DNA of 64,000 bases from Octopus sinensis (GCF_006345805.1 NC_043001.1:42284001-42348000), one strand, 5' to 3'. Positions 13,105 to 25,170 are shown, numbered from the stretch's first letter. The notes: generated by a model not told the origin, from the sequence alone. Made by a program: numbers and translations.

Positions 13105-13565
13105 TGTATGTGTCTGTCCCCGTAACTTAGCAGTTTAGTATAAGAGACTGATAGTATATGTACCAAACTTTAAAAAGAATTTGGGGGTGGATTCGTTCAA
13201 TTGAAACCCTTCAAGGCGATCACCCAGTATGCAAGCAGCCCAAAGACTGTATGCTTCCCAAGCAAGTGGTTCAAGGTTTAGTCCCACAACGAGGTTCCTT
13301 GGGCAAGTATGTTTTACTATAGCTTCTGGCCAACTAAAGCTTTGTGAATGAATATGGTAGTCGGAAAGCCCATCGTATACACATACACGTGTGTCCCACC
13401 ACTGATTGAGAACCAGTATTGGTGTGTTTACGTCTCTGTAACTTAGCAGTTTGGCAAAGAAGAACGACAAAGTACTAGACTTTAATAAAAGGACCAAGGT
13501 CGAGTCGTTCGACAAAAAATTTTCAAGGCGGTGCCCCAACATAACTGCAGTGAAATGACTTACAC
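13105..13565 (+). mobile_element. Family-2 SINE plus a preceding partial 3' copy
   Basis: gcttcccaagcaagtggttcaagg...gggcaagt...gtttacgtctctgtaacttagcagtttggc...ggcggtgccccaac...aatgact. Confidence 0.75.
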
Positions 13566-13595
13566 AAGGACCGAAATATATATATTTATATCCGC

Positions 13596-13808
13596 TTTTA
13601 TTCTAGGCACAAGACCCGAAACTTTTGGGGAGTAAGCCAGTCGATTAGATCGAAATCAGTACGCAACTGGTACTTAATTTATCGACCCTGAAAGGATGAA
13701 CGGCAGAGTCGACCTCGGCGGAATTTGAACTCAGAACGTAAAGACAGACGAAACATCGCTAAGCATTTCGCCCGGTGTGCTAACGTTTCTGCCAGTTCGC
13801 CGCCTTAA
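13596..13808 (-). mobile_element. Family-1 SINE with intact CpGs
   Basis: The minus strand begins GGCGGCGAACTGGCAGAAACGTTAGCAC (A box) and has GAGTTCAAATTCC (B box), followed by the family-1 core. Confidence 0.9.
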
Positions 13809-13853
13809 TACACATTTATACCGGCTGCTAAAATACTTCCAAGCGCTGCTGCT

Positions 13854-13888
13854 ACGTCACTTCCGTTCTGTACCCAAGGTCAAGGTCA
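13854..13888. promoter_or_regulatory. Overlapping ETS-CRE motif plus tandem nuclear-receptor half-sites
   Basis: ACGTCACTTCCG (reverse complement CGGAAGTGACGT) at 13854-13865; CAAGGTCAAGGTCA at 13875-13888. Confidence 0.4.
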
Positions 13889-14527
13889 ACATGATGTTAA
13901 TCCAATTAAGGAAATAAGACGAACTGCATGTCTATAAAAGTAGTTATGTCCCTTACATCTTCTTCCGGTATCACACACACTATGGCTGCTTATGATATGT
14001 TTCTTTTAAACTGATTAAACAACTATCTGGAACTTTCACAACAAACATATCTTCCAGTTACCAAGAACAGCGTGGCCTTGATTTTCTTTAGAACTTCAAC
14101 TAACATTAGGACTCATAACTTATTCGTGACAGAAAATAGTTGTCATCGAAATGCTTTACTCATTTCTTCGCTCAAACTATCTGAACTCTAGCTCTTCTCA
14201 ATTCAGATAAAGTATCCCATCCACATTATTTTGCTCTGATGTTATGTTCTGTCATTTTTTTCCCGGTAATTTCCGTCATACAAACCGTTACCACCTCAAA
14301 ATTTGCGTTGCTACAGAAACAAACAAGCCACGTGACTACGGCAATCCCTACTAATAGTCAACTGTTGCAAAATGTGTCTGATTTAGTACATTAATGCCAC
14401 ATATATCAACCCACAACTCTAACTATACTATAAGATAGTTATCGAAACAATCAATATTCAGAAATGAACTTACGTCTTTTGATGCCCTTGAATTAAGAAA
14501 TGATGAAGATTAATAATGTATTCAAAA

Positions 14528-14908
14528 TAGGCGCAGGCGTGGCTGTGTGGTTAGAAGTTTGCTTCCCAACCACGTGGCTCCGGGAACAGTTTTAATGTGT
14601 GACACTTTAGGCAAGTGTCTCCTACTATCGCCCCGGGCAAAGCCTTCTGAGTGGATACGGTAGACGGAAACGGAAAGAAGCCCGTCATATATATATATTC
14701 TTTTTTACTCTAGGCACAAGCCCCGAAATTTTTGGAGAGTAAGCCAGTCGATTAAATCGATCGTAGTTGGTACTTAATTTATCGACCCAGAAAGCATGAA
14801 AGGCAAAGTCTACCTCGGCGGAATTTGAACTCAGAACGTAAAGACAGACGAAATACCGCTAGACATTTCGCCCGGCGTGCTAACGTCTCTTCCAGCTCAC
14901 CGCCTTTA
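14528..14908. mobile_element. Family-2 SINE head (+) abutting a family-1 SINE (-)
   Basis: ggcgtggctgtgtggttagaagtttgcttcccaacc..gtagacggaaac at 14528-14690; family-1 copy with CpGs at 14700-14908. A family-2 3' part follows at about 15140-15330. Confidence 0.8.
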
Positions 14909-16157
14909 TATATCTATATATTATCCAGATTTTATAGTATTAAGTATCCATCACGGCTGGTCTTACCAATTGGATTGTTAAGTAACAATCCAGTTATATA
15001 ATTACGCTTATCAAACGTAGCCGATATGCAAGGGAATATGGCGACTGCTCTCTAAAAGCACTGAAGTTCAAGTCTGGCCATTGAATGACCAATGGTTTCG
15101 CATCCTCGAAAGCCGCAGTTTTGTGGACAGCTCATTAGACTCTATGTGTTTGTGTTTATCCCCCATCATAGCTTGACAACCAATGTTGATTCGTTTACAG
15201 TCAGCAAAAAGAGAACGACACAACAAGTACCAAACTTACAAAATAAGTACAGGGGTCGACTTGTTTGACGACACCTTCAAGGTGGTGCCTCAGTATGACC
15301 GTAATCTAATGAGTAAAAAGTAAAAGAAAGAAGATAAAATCTGCTGTATATTCTATTTCACGTCATAAAAATTCGAAAGTATGCAACGAACATAATACTT
15401 TTGCAGCAACGCAACTGAAGGCAGCAAATAACGTTGCAACAAAATACTAGCTAATGGCAGTATGCAGCTAAAAAAAAAAAAAACTGCAAATTCAGAGTAT
15501 ACGACTGATCTCTCCCAAGTAGACCTAATCTAAAGAGTGAACACACAAAAAGGGGGTTAAATTAAGCCCCTAAATGTGAATGGGCAAACAGCTGTTGCAC
15601 AGGACTTGAAGATAGCGTGGGGATTAGTCGAATAAGAGTGGTAGACGTCGAAAGAGTGAAAGGCAAAATTGACTAAAGTGAGATTTGAACTCAGATGTGT
15701 GAAAAGTCGGAAGAAATGTCAAGAGACATTTTGTGCGACACACTAATGTTTCTACCAGTATACCACTCTTGCAAATGGAATTATAATACTTTGGGTCATA
15801 CATGAATATTTGAATTATTGAGTGCTTTCGTTTTTAACACTGTAACATGTGATCGAAGCAACAACCCACGTACACAGAAAATGATGATAAGCGATGAATT
15901 ATTTTCGCAATTTCACTTGCGATACACGAGGTGAATAGTTCTTTGACAGTAGCCATCTTAACACTATTTAAATGAAATGGGGATTAGGGATTACCTTCGG
16001 GATGACAAAATTTGGGAATAAGAAATTAATTAATAAGATTAGCATAGTTCATTGGTGCAACATCCATACCAATTCCACAGAAATCCATAGCATACCTAAT
16101 AATAACGTTAATATGATTGTGTAGTTTACATGAAACCAGAACATTATTTTGTTTGTG

Positions 16158-16191
<34 letters not shown>

Positions 16192-17249
16192 ATCTGTTGT
16201 ACTTTTATGGCAAGATAATTTGATATGAGATCGTAATTCGAGACATCAGACAGGCAGCTCTTATCAAAATAACTCATCCACAGTCCATTGTGATAGCTTT
16301 TATCATCAAAGTATTCATCCATAGTCTATTGGAATGTGTCAGAGTCATCAAAATTTTCAAGTAGGCGGATATATATATGTGTGTATGTATATACCAAATT
16401 GTAAATTATGGGCTGAAATTTGTGGACCCAGTTATTGAAAATACCACAAATCATGCAGTTTATGTGGCAAAAAGCAAAAGATAAACATTTAAATAGGAAA
16501 CCGTTTCTTTCATCGGTTTCATATAGTTTTCAAATAAAATATATTAAATAATTATGATCATTCAAATGTAAAATGTATCAAAATTATATGTAAAACAAAT
16601 AAATAAATAAATCTCCTAAAATTCTAAGTTAAGATCTTGTTGCGGTCAACTTTGCCTTTTAAGCTTCAACGGTAAATAAAGTAACAGTTAAGTTCTGAGG
16701 TCGTCTTATATTCCTGTAATGCATTGATCATGAAAATAAAATTACAACTAAAGACAAGGCATCTTGGAAAGAATTTTAAATCTGAAATTACAAGCGAGTT
16801 TTTAATCTAATTATTTTACCACTTAAGTCGATTAACGATCATTTTAGCTTAAGCGTATAATTCGTTGAAGAGTGTGAATTTTTAACCTCTCCTTAAAATT
16901 TTATTTACATGTAATCGAATTTGTTGAATTTTTGCTTTCAAAAATGTGATTCAGAATTTTGCAAATTTACTTCTTTTCTTTTTCATTTAACTTTTAAAAT
17001 CAGTATAATATAAAATTACTGGTTTTAAAAACTACTTTATATATATATGTAGGTGTGTATATATATAATATATATATATATATACACACACACACACGAT
17101 CAGATCATGAATGTCTGATATTCAAAACATACAGATCGGAGGTACTTCGTCTTAAAAAAAACAAGCTAGACTAAGAAAAATAGTTAAAAACGGAGTTTAA
17201 AAATCCACGCTTCAACGAATAAGTAGTCCGATTTTGACACATTACTCAC

Positions 17250-17270
17250 CATATTTTTTCTCTTTCTCAT
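17250..17270 (-). CDS. Candidate first coding exon (MRKRKNM) of a leftward gene
   Basis: ATGAGAAAGAGAAAAAATATG is followed directly by a consensus donor GTGAGT, at the edge of the CpG-retaining zone. No downstream exon confirmed. Confidence 0.3.
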
Positions 17271-17534
17271 ATTATTTACGTAATTTACTGAATTTACTCG
17301 AACAGCAGCTCAGAAATTTCAGCTACATCTTGGAACAAGGGCTGTATGGAGATTAAGACGAGATTGTTACCCTTAAATGTACATATGTTGCAGAGATCAG
17401 CAATGATAGTACAAACTAACCGATACGTGGCAGTAGTTGTGGCGTAATAATAAAACGATAAATACTCACTTCGCTATTTTCACTTTTAAAAAGAAACCGA
17501 CAAGAGTTATTTACCTTTGACTAAACAAATATTG

Positions 17535-17725
17535 GTTTCAAATTTTAGCACAAGGCCAGCAATTTCAGAAAAGTGAAGAAAGCGATTACAATGCTCAACT
17601 GGTACTTATTTTATCGACCCTGAAAGGACGAAAGGCAGAATATGAGCTGAGAACATAAAGACAGACGAAGTGCTGCTAAGCATTTTGCTCGGAGTGCTAA
17701 AAAATCTGCCAGCTCATTGCCTTTA
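17535..17725 (-). mobile_element. Family-1 SINE
   Basis: tttcaaattttagcacaaggccagc..ctggtacttattttatcgaccctgaaagg..ctgccagctc. Confidence 0.8.
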
Positions 17726-18559
17726 ACTAGACAAATAATAAGAAATTCTCTCCATTTGCTGACGCAAAGGTACTTGACAAGAGAAAATCTTTGTGACATT
17801 TCTATGATTTGCGTTCAAATAAATTTAATTTAAATAAATAAAAAATGATTTCAAACCCAGAAAGAAAAATTGCGGGAGTCATGAGCTGATCTATTAGTAG
17901 AAAGCCAACATGTAGCTAACAACAATCCCACCTGCTTTGCAATAAATAAATGAATAAATATAGGCCTGATTGAATAACTCACGTATAAAGTTCAACTTTC
18001 AATATTTAAGATAGAACTTGACTTCACAGACAAAAATAATATTCATGAGGTAAAACGTAAAAATTTTTAACAAGAGAAAGCATAGCCTAACTTGGTCATG
18101 TTATTTTTAAAAAGTGGATATAATACCTAAACAGAATTGTTTTCCTATAAATTCATTAGTTGTACCATTAATTTACTAGTTTCAATACAGTGAAATGATG
18201 AGCCATAGTGGCCAAGGGAATAAAATATGCTTAGATCAAATGATATTCTCCTTATATATAAGAGGTTATTGAATCATGAGGTGTAGCAAAATAGGATACT
18301 CCTGTCCCATCTATCTCTTGAATATTGCATATCTAAGACTGCATAATCCAATGTGGCAAATATGGCCCCTATTTCCAACAAATTTAATAACCACTTAAAG
18401 GCAACAGTTACGTGATAAAACCCCATCTCTGGTTCTGTGTCCAAAGCAAAGCACTAGAATGCCTTGCATCCAACTTTACATCAGAGCAGATGAGAAAAGA
18501 CTGAAGTGGTAGATCAGTGAGCTGAAATGAAAATAATATCTTTACTAAATCAATGTAGT

Positions 18560-18870
18560 CATCATCATCATTATCTTCGTTTAGCATCCGCTTTCCATGC
18601 TAGCATGGGTTGGACGGTTCAACTGGGGTCTGGGAAGCCAGAAGGCTGCACCAGACCCAGTCTGATCTGGCAATGTTTCTACGGCTGGATACCCTTCCTA
18701 ACGCCAACCACTCCGTGAGTGTAGTGGGTGCTTTTTACGTGCTAGACAAGGCTGGCAAACGGCCACAATCGGATGGTGCTTTTTACGTATCACCAGCTCG
18801 AGATGCTGGCAACGGCCACGTTCGGATGGTTCTCTTACGTACCACCGGCACTGGTATCACAGCTGCAATT
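18560..18870 (-). mobile_element. RTE-LINE 3' tail, CpG-rich (young), with ~50-bp internal repeats
   Basis: catcatcatc..gtttagcatccgctttccatgctagcatgggttggacgg; repeated ttttacgt..gctggcaa(a)cggccac..tcggatggt units. Confidence 0.82.
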
Positions 18871-19610
18871 TCCATTGATGTTGATCGATTTCGAAAAATA
18901 AAAGAACATCTTTGGAAAAGACAGTAGACTATGAAAGGAATCAGAATCTATCTCTGAAAATATGACAAAGCAAACTAGAATTTTTCAAATGAATTTAGTC
19001 AAATGGAAAGCTGGAAGGGAAAAAATTCAGAAAATCTTGCAGGAAAACAATAAAGTACTATAAATAAAAAAAAAATCAAGAAAATTAAGCTCCATGTATA
19101 TAAATGTAAAGAGACCTAATGAGAAGGACAAGTAATATTAAATAACTATATTAAAACAAACCTATCCATAGCCATAAAAGTGTGCCACAAAATATCCTCT
19201 TTACATTTAAACTAAACAGGATAGAATAAAACTGTAGGTGTTCTTTGTAAATAATGTTTTCTGGCCAAGATGCCTTAATATTTTCTGAAGTTATAAGAAA
19301 TATATATTCCAGATTGGTGTGATAATATATAAAAATATGAACAACAGACATATAGCACCACTAACTTTTGGATTTATTCTACAAATACAAGTGAAGATTA
19401 AGCACATTTTAAGCTTAATTAAAAACTCCCGTATTCAACAAAATATTGAAGTTTAACAAGAATGCTATTCTTCCTGATTTCTGGTATTACCTACAAGATG
19501 TGCTCCAAACTTATTCTAGGCACTATTGATTTCTTACCATTCAAGGTTAAGTTTTGTTAAAATGGTACACATTGGTTGCTCAGCAAGAACAATTATACTT
19601 TACAAAATAC

Positions 19611-19654
19611 CTGCGTTATTTAGCACCATCCATCTGTTTAAGAAAGATAACCAT
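19611..19654 (-). CDS. Weak candidate 44-nt internal exon (WLSFLNRWMVLNNA)
   Basis: Acceptor acttatttttcag, donor CAG|GTATTT, one open frame. No homology recognised. Confidence 0.2.
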
Positions 19655-19868
19655 CTGAAAAATAAGTTTTCACAGTATCTTTTGCAGTAAGAGAGTTAAT
19701 ATATATATATAAAGGCAATGACATGTGCAGTGTGCTACTTAACTAAACTTATGAGGTAAATTAATGTCAGCATGTAGCTCTTCACTACAAATAATGAACA
19801 AGCAACATCTAATAATATATTTATGCAAATGGGGCCAAAGCTTGCTGCTCCAATTACCTAACTTCATA

Positions 19869-20250
19869 AGTTGTACCCAGTGTAAGCTATGGACACATAA
19901 GAGGTGTAGCAATATCAAAGGAAGGCTAACGAGAAGATAGTTTTTGTGTGTGGCAAATGCTCAGGAGCAATAAACACTGAAAATGTGAAGAAAACAGCTT
20001 CTGTCACATGCCAGGGGAAAAACTAGAAGTAGTTGATAGTTTCCGTTACCTAGGTGATCAAGTTAGTTGCAAGGGTGGATACTCTGAGAGTGTAGCTGCT
20101 AGAATAAGAATAGCCTGGGCAAAGTTCAGAGAGCTCCTACCACTGCTGGTGATAAAGGGCCTCTCGCTCAGAGTAAAAGGTAGACTGCATGAAGCATGTG
20201 TGCGAACAGCCATGCTACAGAGCAGTGAAACATGGGCTGTGACTGCTGAT
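19869..20250 (+). mobile_element. RTE-clade LINE ORF2 fragment (PHD-like finger plus RT C-terminal region)
   Basis: CTQCKLWTHKRCSNIKGRL..VFVCGKC followed, across frameshifts, by KLEVVDSFRYLGDQV...RIRIAWAKFRELLPLL...ACVRTAML.SSETWAV. Confidence 0.88.
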
Positions 20251-20431
20251 GGAGAGCTCGGCTCAAAATGTGAAATCCTCTTTCTTTTCTTTCCTTTTCT
20301 GAGCATCCAATAACACTGTACTTATTCCATGTCCTTGCGTTGTTGTTTTTCCTTACTTGTTCATGTTTGGATTAACTATTATATATATATATACACACAC
20401 ACACAGTTCAACATAGTATATATATATATAC

Positions 20432-20818
20432 TCTTTTACTCTTTTACTTGTTTCAGTCATTTGACTGCGGCCATGCTGGAGCACCGCCTTTAGTCGAGCA
20501 AATCGACCCCGGGACTTATTCTTTGTAAGCCCAGTACTTATTCTATCGGTCTCTTTTGCCGAACCGCTAAGTGACGGGGACGTAAACACACCAGCATCGG
20601 TTGTCAAGCAATTTGGGGGGGACAAACACAGACACACAAACACACATATACATATATACGACGGGCTTCTTTCAGTTTCCGTCTACCAAATCCACTCACA
20701 AGGCATTGGTCGGCCCGGGGCTGTAGCAGAAGACACTTGCCCAAGATGCCACGCAGTGAGACTGAACCCAGAACCATGTGGTTGGTTAGCAAGCTACTTA
20801 CCACACAGCCACTCCTAT
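20432..20818 (-). mobile_element. Family-2 SINE, full length and CpG-intact
   Basis: Complete head-to-tail copy: GGAGTGGCTGTGTGG...GGTTCAG...GACTGAAACAAGTAAAAGAGTAAAAGAG. Confidence 0.9.
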
Positions 20819-21029
20819 ATATATATATATATATTATATATATATATATATATAGATAGATAGATAGATAGACACACACACACATATATATATACAAATA
20901 TATGTATGTATATATATATATACAAGTATATGTATATATATACAAGTATATATATTATATACAAGTATATGTATATATATAATATATATAATATATATAT
21001 ATATATACAAGTATATGTATATATATATA

Positions 21030-21061
<32 letters not shown>

Positions 21062-21109
21062 CAAGTAATATATATATATATATATATAATATATATATAT
21101 ATATAACAA

Positions 21110-21146
<37 letters not shown>

Positions 21147-21331
21147 TATATATATAATATATATAATATATATATCAAGTATATATATATATAATATATA
21201 ATATATATATATATATATAATATATATATACAAGTATATATATAATATAATATATATATATATACAATATATATATATATACAAGTATATATATATAATA
21301 TATATATATATATAATAGATATATATACAAG

Positions 21332-21364
<33 letters not shown>

Positions 21365-21565
21365 TATTATATACAAGTATATATATATATATATTATATA
21401 TATATATAATATATATATATATACAAGTATATATAGATATATATATATATATATATAATATATATATATATACAAGTATATATATATATATATATATATA
21501 TAAGTATATATATATATGTATATATATAATATATATATATATATAATATATATATATATATACAG

Positions 21566-21597
<32 letters not shown>

Positions 21598-21681
21598 ATA
21601 TTATATATATATATACATACAAGTATATATATATATGTATATATATATATAATATAATATATATATATAATACAAGTATAT

Positions 21682-21715
<34 letters not shown>

Positions 21716-21882
21716 ATACAAGTATATATATATTATATATATATATATATACAAGTATCTATATATATATATAATATATATAATATACAAGTATATATAT
21801 ATATATATTATATATATATATACAATATATATAATATATATATATATAGATATATAATATATATTATATATATATATATACA

Positions 21883-21922
<40 letters not shown>

Positions 21923-22065
21923 CAAGTATATATATATTATATATATACAAGTATATATATATATATATATATAATATACAAGTATATATATATATAATAT
22001 ATATATACAAGTATATATATAATATATATATATATACAAGTATATATATAGATATATATATATAT
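20819..22065. repeat. ~1.25-kb compound (TA)n array punctuated by TACAAG units
   Basis: Almost pure TA with TAA interruptions and roughly 25 (T)ACAAG(T)-like motifs. Explains the 401-aa IY-repeat ORF. Confidence 0.95.
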
Positions 22066-23275
22066 GCTTAAAATTTCATGTTTCCATAGAGCAAAGCTCA
22101 CACCCATATCTACTATTTCTATAAGGCTGTGCTCTTCTTATTATTTCCCATTTGAGGCTAAACTCAATTCCACTGTCCTTCAATTCCCAAATTTTACTGG
22201 ATATTGTTGTACAATGCTTAAGCTTAAAGGATGACATGTGATTGTATATACACTGCTTCAAATTAATCGAAACAACCGAAGTAAATATAATTATTAGTAG
22301 TAGTTATTATTGTGCATTTATATACTACATTCTGGGTAAGACATCGGCCTAATAGTGGACAGCGGAATTTAACACTACAATTGCAACTAAGAGAATTATT
22401 ATAATTAATATTAGTATTATTAAGATTTTAATTTCAATTTTTATTGTTAATATTTTCGCTATTAATAATTACATTATCAAGTATGTTATGTTCACATCTG
22501 TTATTTTCTAACTTCACTTCAATCGTATTATCATGTCAAATTGCTTCTGCATCATCAGGCATACAAATAGTTTCCATGCCCATATATATACTGGGACTAT
22601 AATCCATAATATTTTTATTAGAAATGCTATCACTATTCCTTCTATTCACCCCATCATCATCAATGCTACTATTTTCATTTTGGGAGTTTTAGTTATAGTT
22701 GACAGTACTATTATTATTATTATTATTAATATGATTATTATTATTGTTAATGTTACTATTATTATTATTATTGTTGCTGTTAATGTTACTATTATTATTA
22801 TTAATATCATCATCATTATTATTTTCAATAATTCTGGCTAATTCTATATTCTTTGTATTTAATCTAGCTATGATGGTACCTATATTAGGGAGAGTAGAGT
22901 ATGAGATTCTGTCTTACATGAAAAGATTCTATTATATCTATGGGCAGTAGGGAAGTATTTTTCTAAAATAGTAATAAATTTTCTATATATGTTTGTGGAT
23001 AATGCTCAGTTGTGTGGGATATTGAACCAGACGAGATTCTTACCTTTAAATTTTTTGTGTAAGGGCAGGATATATTTGTGCTATCCCTGCTCCCTAGAAT
23101 CGTGCCTAGAATCTGCATTTTAAATTGATGTAATAATGATTGCATTGTTCAATTAAATGGAGTTACATGAAATGATCGTACTGCATTACTTCTGGATATC
23201 CTTGTTGCTTATTTTGATTTTAATCACCTTACTTTGAAATTCTATGGATAATACCGTACAAAATTCTGGTGCCTC
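22066..23275 (-). mobile_element. Penelope-like element (PLE): RT-linker and GIY-YIG endonuclease relic
   Basis: KNLVWFNIPHN..STNIYRKFITILEKYFP..H..NRIFS..ISYSTLPNIGTII, then SCNC....CPLLGRCLTQNVVYKC...YFG and YNHMSSF...TTISSKIWELKD...KWEIIRRAQPY...CELC. Contains stops and frameshifts. Confidence 0.88.
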
Positions 23276-23386
23276 AACTTACGTACCATATTCATCTGAA
23301 TCTAATTTTTTGCTTAACTCATATATATATGTATATATATATATATGTAGATAGATAGATACACACACACACATATATATATGTAT

Positions 23387-23430
<44 letters not shown>

Positions 23431-23653
23431 AGACACACACACACACACATATATATACATACATCTCATGCTTTCCGAAATCTGTCGAAACTACACCTGA
23501 TTATATATGCACTTTAGATGAGTTGTAGTGCACCTGAGCACTGTACACAATGTTTATTATTATTATTATATATTTACATGTATACATATATACATACACA
23601 CACACATATATATGTATAAATATACATACACATACATTATGGCTGGACATATA

Positions 23654-24919
23654 TTAGGTCATCTAGTATGAAATTTGTAGAAAAGAAAAAAATTTTGCCA
23701 ATGTTTTATAAATGCAAGGAATAGATCCATTCATCAAAATATGCACCCATACATTTAATAAAAATTATGCCATTTCAGCGGTAGCTTGTCCAGCCCAGAA
23801 GTCTAAAAACCTGGGCATCTAGAGTAAATAAAATCTTGGAAGGCCTGTTTTACAGCGTCGTCAGAATGAAATTATTTTCCTATCAAAAAGTTATTCAAAT
23901 TCTGGTAAGAAGTGGTAGTCAGTGGGGGCAAGATCAGGTGAGTATGGTGTATGATAGAGAACTTCCTACTCCAATTCCTGTAGTTTTGCCAATGTCATTT
24001 TTGTGATGTGTAGTCTGGCATGGTCTTGCAATAAAATGAGTGGATCTGTTGACTAATCTAGGCTGTTTTCTTGTATGTTTCTGCATCATTTGGTCCAATT
24101 GACTGCAGTATACTTCAGCTGTGGTTGATGAGCCAGGTTTAATAAAATCATTATGGATCATACCTGAGCCAGACAACCAAACCCACACCATCCGTTTCTT
24201 TTTGATGAATTTTGCTTTTAGGACTGTATTTTGGAGGCTTGTCTTTGTCCAACCGTTGTGCTGAATGTTTACAGTTGTTGCATTGAATCCATTTCTCATC
24301 ACATGTTACAATTCGATTAAAAAACGATTCATTTTTGTGACGAGAAAGTAGCATAATGCTGTTTCTGATTTTCATTGAGTTCATGTGGAACCCATATATC
24401 CAACTTTTTCACATTGCCGATTTGAACTGGTTGAATCAATATTGTTTGCTTGCTAACACCAAACAACAACAATAATTCATGGGCACTTTGAGATGGATCT
24501 GACTCGATGGTGGCTTTCAATTTGTTATTATCCAGCTTTGTTTCTGGTCAACCGCATTGCTCATTTGTGAGGTCAAAGTTACCAGAAGGAAATATTGCAA
24601 AACAATTTGATACTGTCTGCTGTGTAATAACATTAGAATGAAATACTCCATTAATATTCCAAGCTGTCTGTGATGCTGTATTTCCAAGAAAGAACTCATA
24701 TTTTAAAACTGCATGAATTTCCAACTTATCCATCTCTAAACAAAAATAGCAAGAAATGATTTATAAATACTTTATAAAGTGCAAAATGAGTTAGAATAAA
24801 GAAATAGATGTATCAGCTTTCTAACAAAAAATATTGTCAAAATGTAATCCTGGTGTAAAATGAGCAGCTGTCAAAGTTTACCATATACCTTACTACAAAT
24901 TTCATAGTTGATGACCTAA
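23654..24919 (-). mobile_element. Full-length-size mariner (DD34D), defective
   Basis: 27-bp TIRs (25/27 identical) each flanked by TA; 1266 bp long. WVPHEL, VTCDEKW, and QDHAR...YSPDLAPTDY with 34-residue spacing. In-frame stop and frameshifts. Confidence 0.93.
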
Positions 24920-25024
24920 TATATATACATACATACATACACATATACATACATATATATATATACATACATATACATACATATATATACATACATATAT
25001 GCACACACACACACACATATATAT

Positions 25025-25099
<75 letters not shown>

Positions 25100-25170
25100 C
25101 ACATATACATATACACACACACATATATATATATTCATATATACACACATATATATATATATATATATTC
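24920..25170. repeat. Compound (TA)/(CA)/(TACA) microsatellite
   Basis: Seen directly. A similar tract lies left of the mariner at about 23320-23640. Confidence 0.95.

Larger units (their letters stand above)
11100..17900. promoter_or_regulatory. CpG-retaining, promoter-like domain
   Basis: Unique DNA here keeps many CpGs, unlike the CpG-poor flanks (by eye, not counted). Contains a CCAAT box (11295-11303, minus), an ETS-CRE composite (13854-13865), an E-box CCACGTGAC (14328-14336) and a YY1-like AATATGGCG near 15035. Confidence 0.45.

Noticed and set aside
13933-13940. TATAAAAG as a TATA box
   Set aside because: The surrounding segment (tataaaag.agtt.tgt.cctta.atct) recurs at about 8405-8435, so it belongs to a dispersed repeat.
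20834-22039. 401-aa ORF and other IY/CV/HT/poly-L/poly-N ORFs in the track
   Set aside because: These are translations of TA, CA, AAT or AAG microsatellites, not genes.
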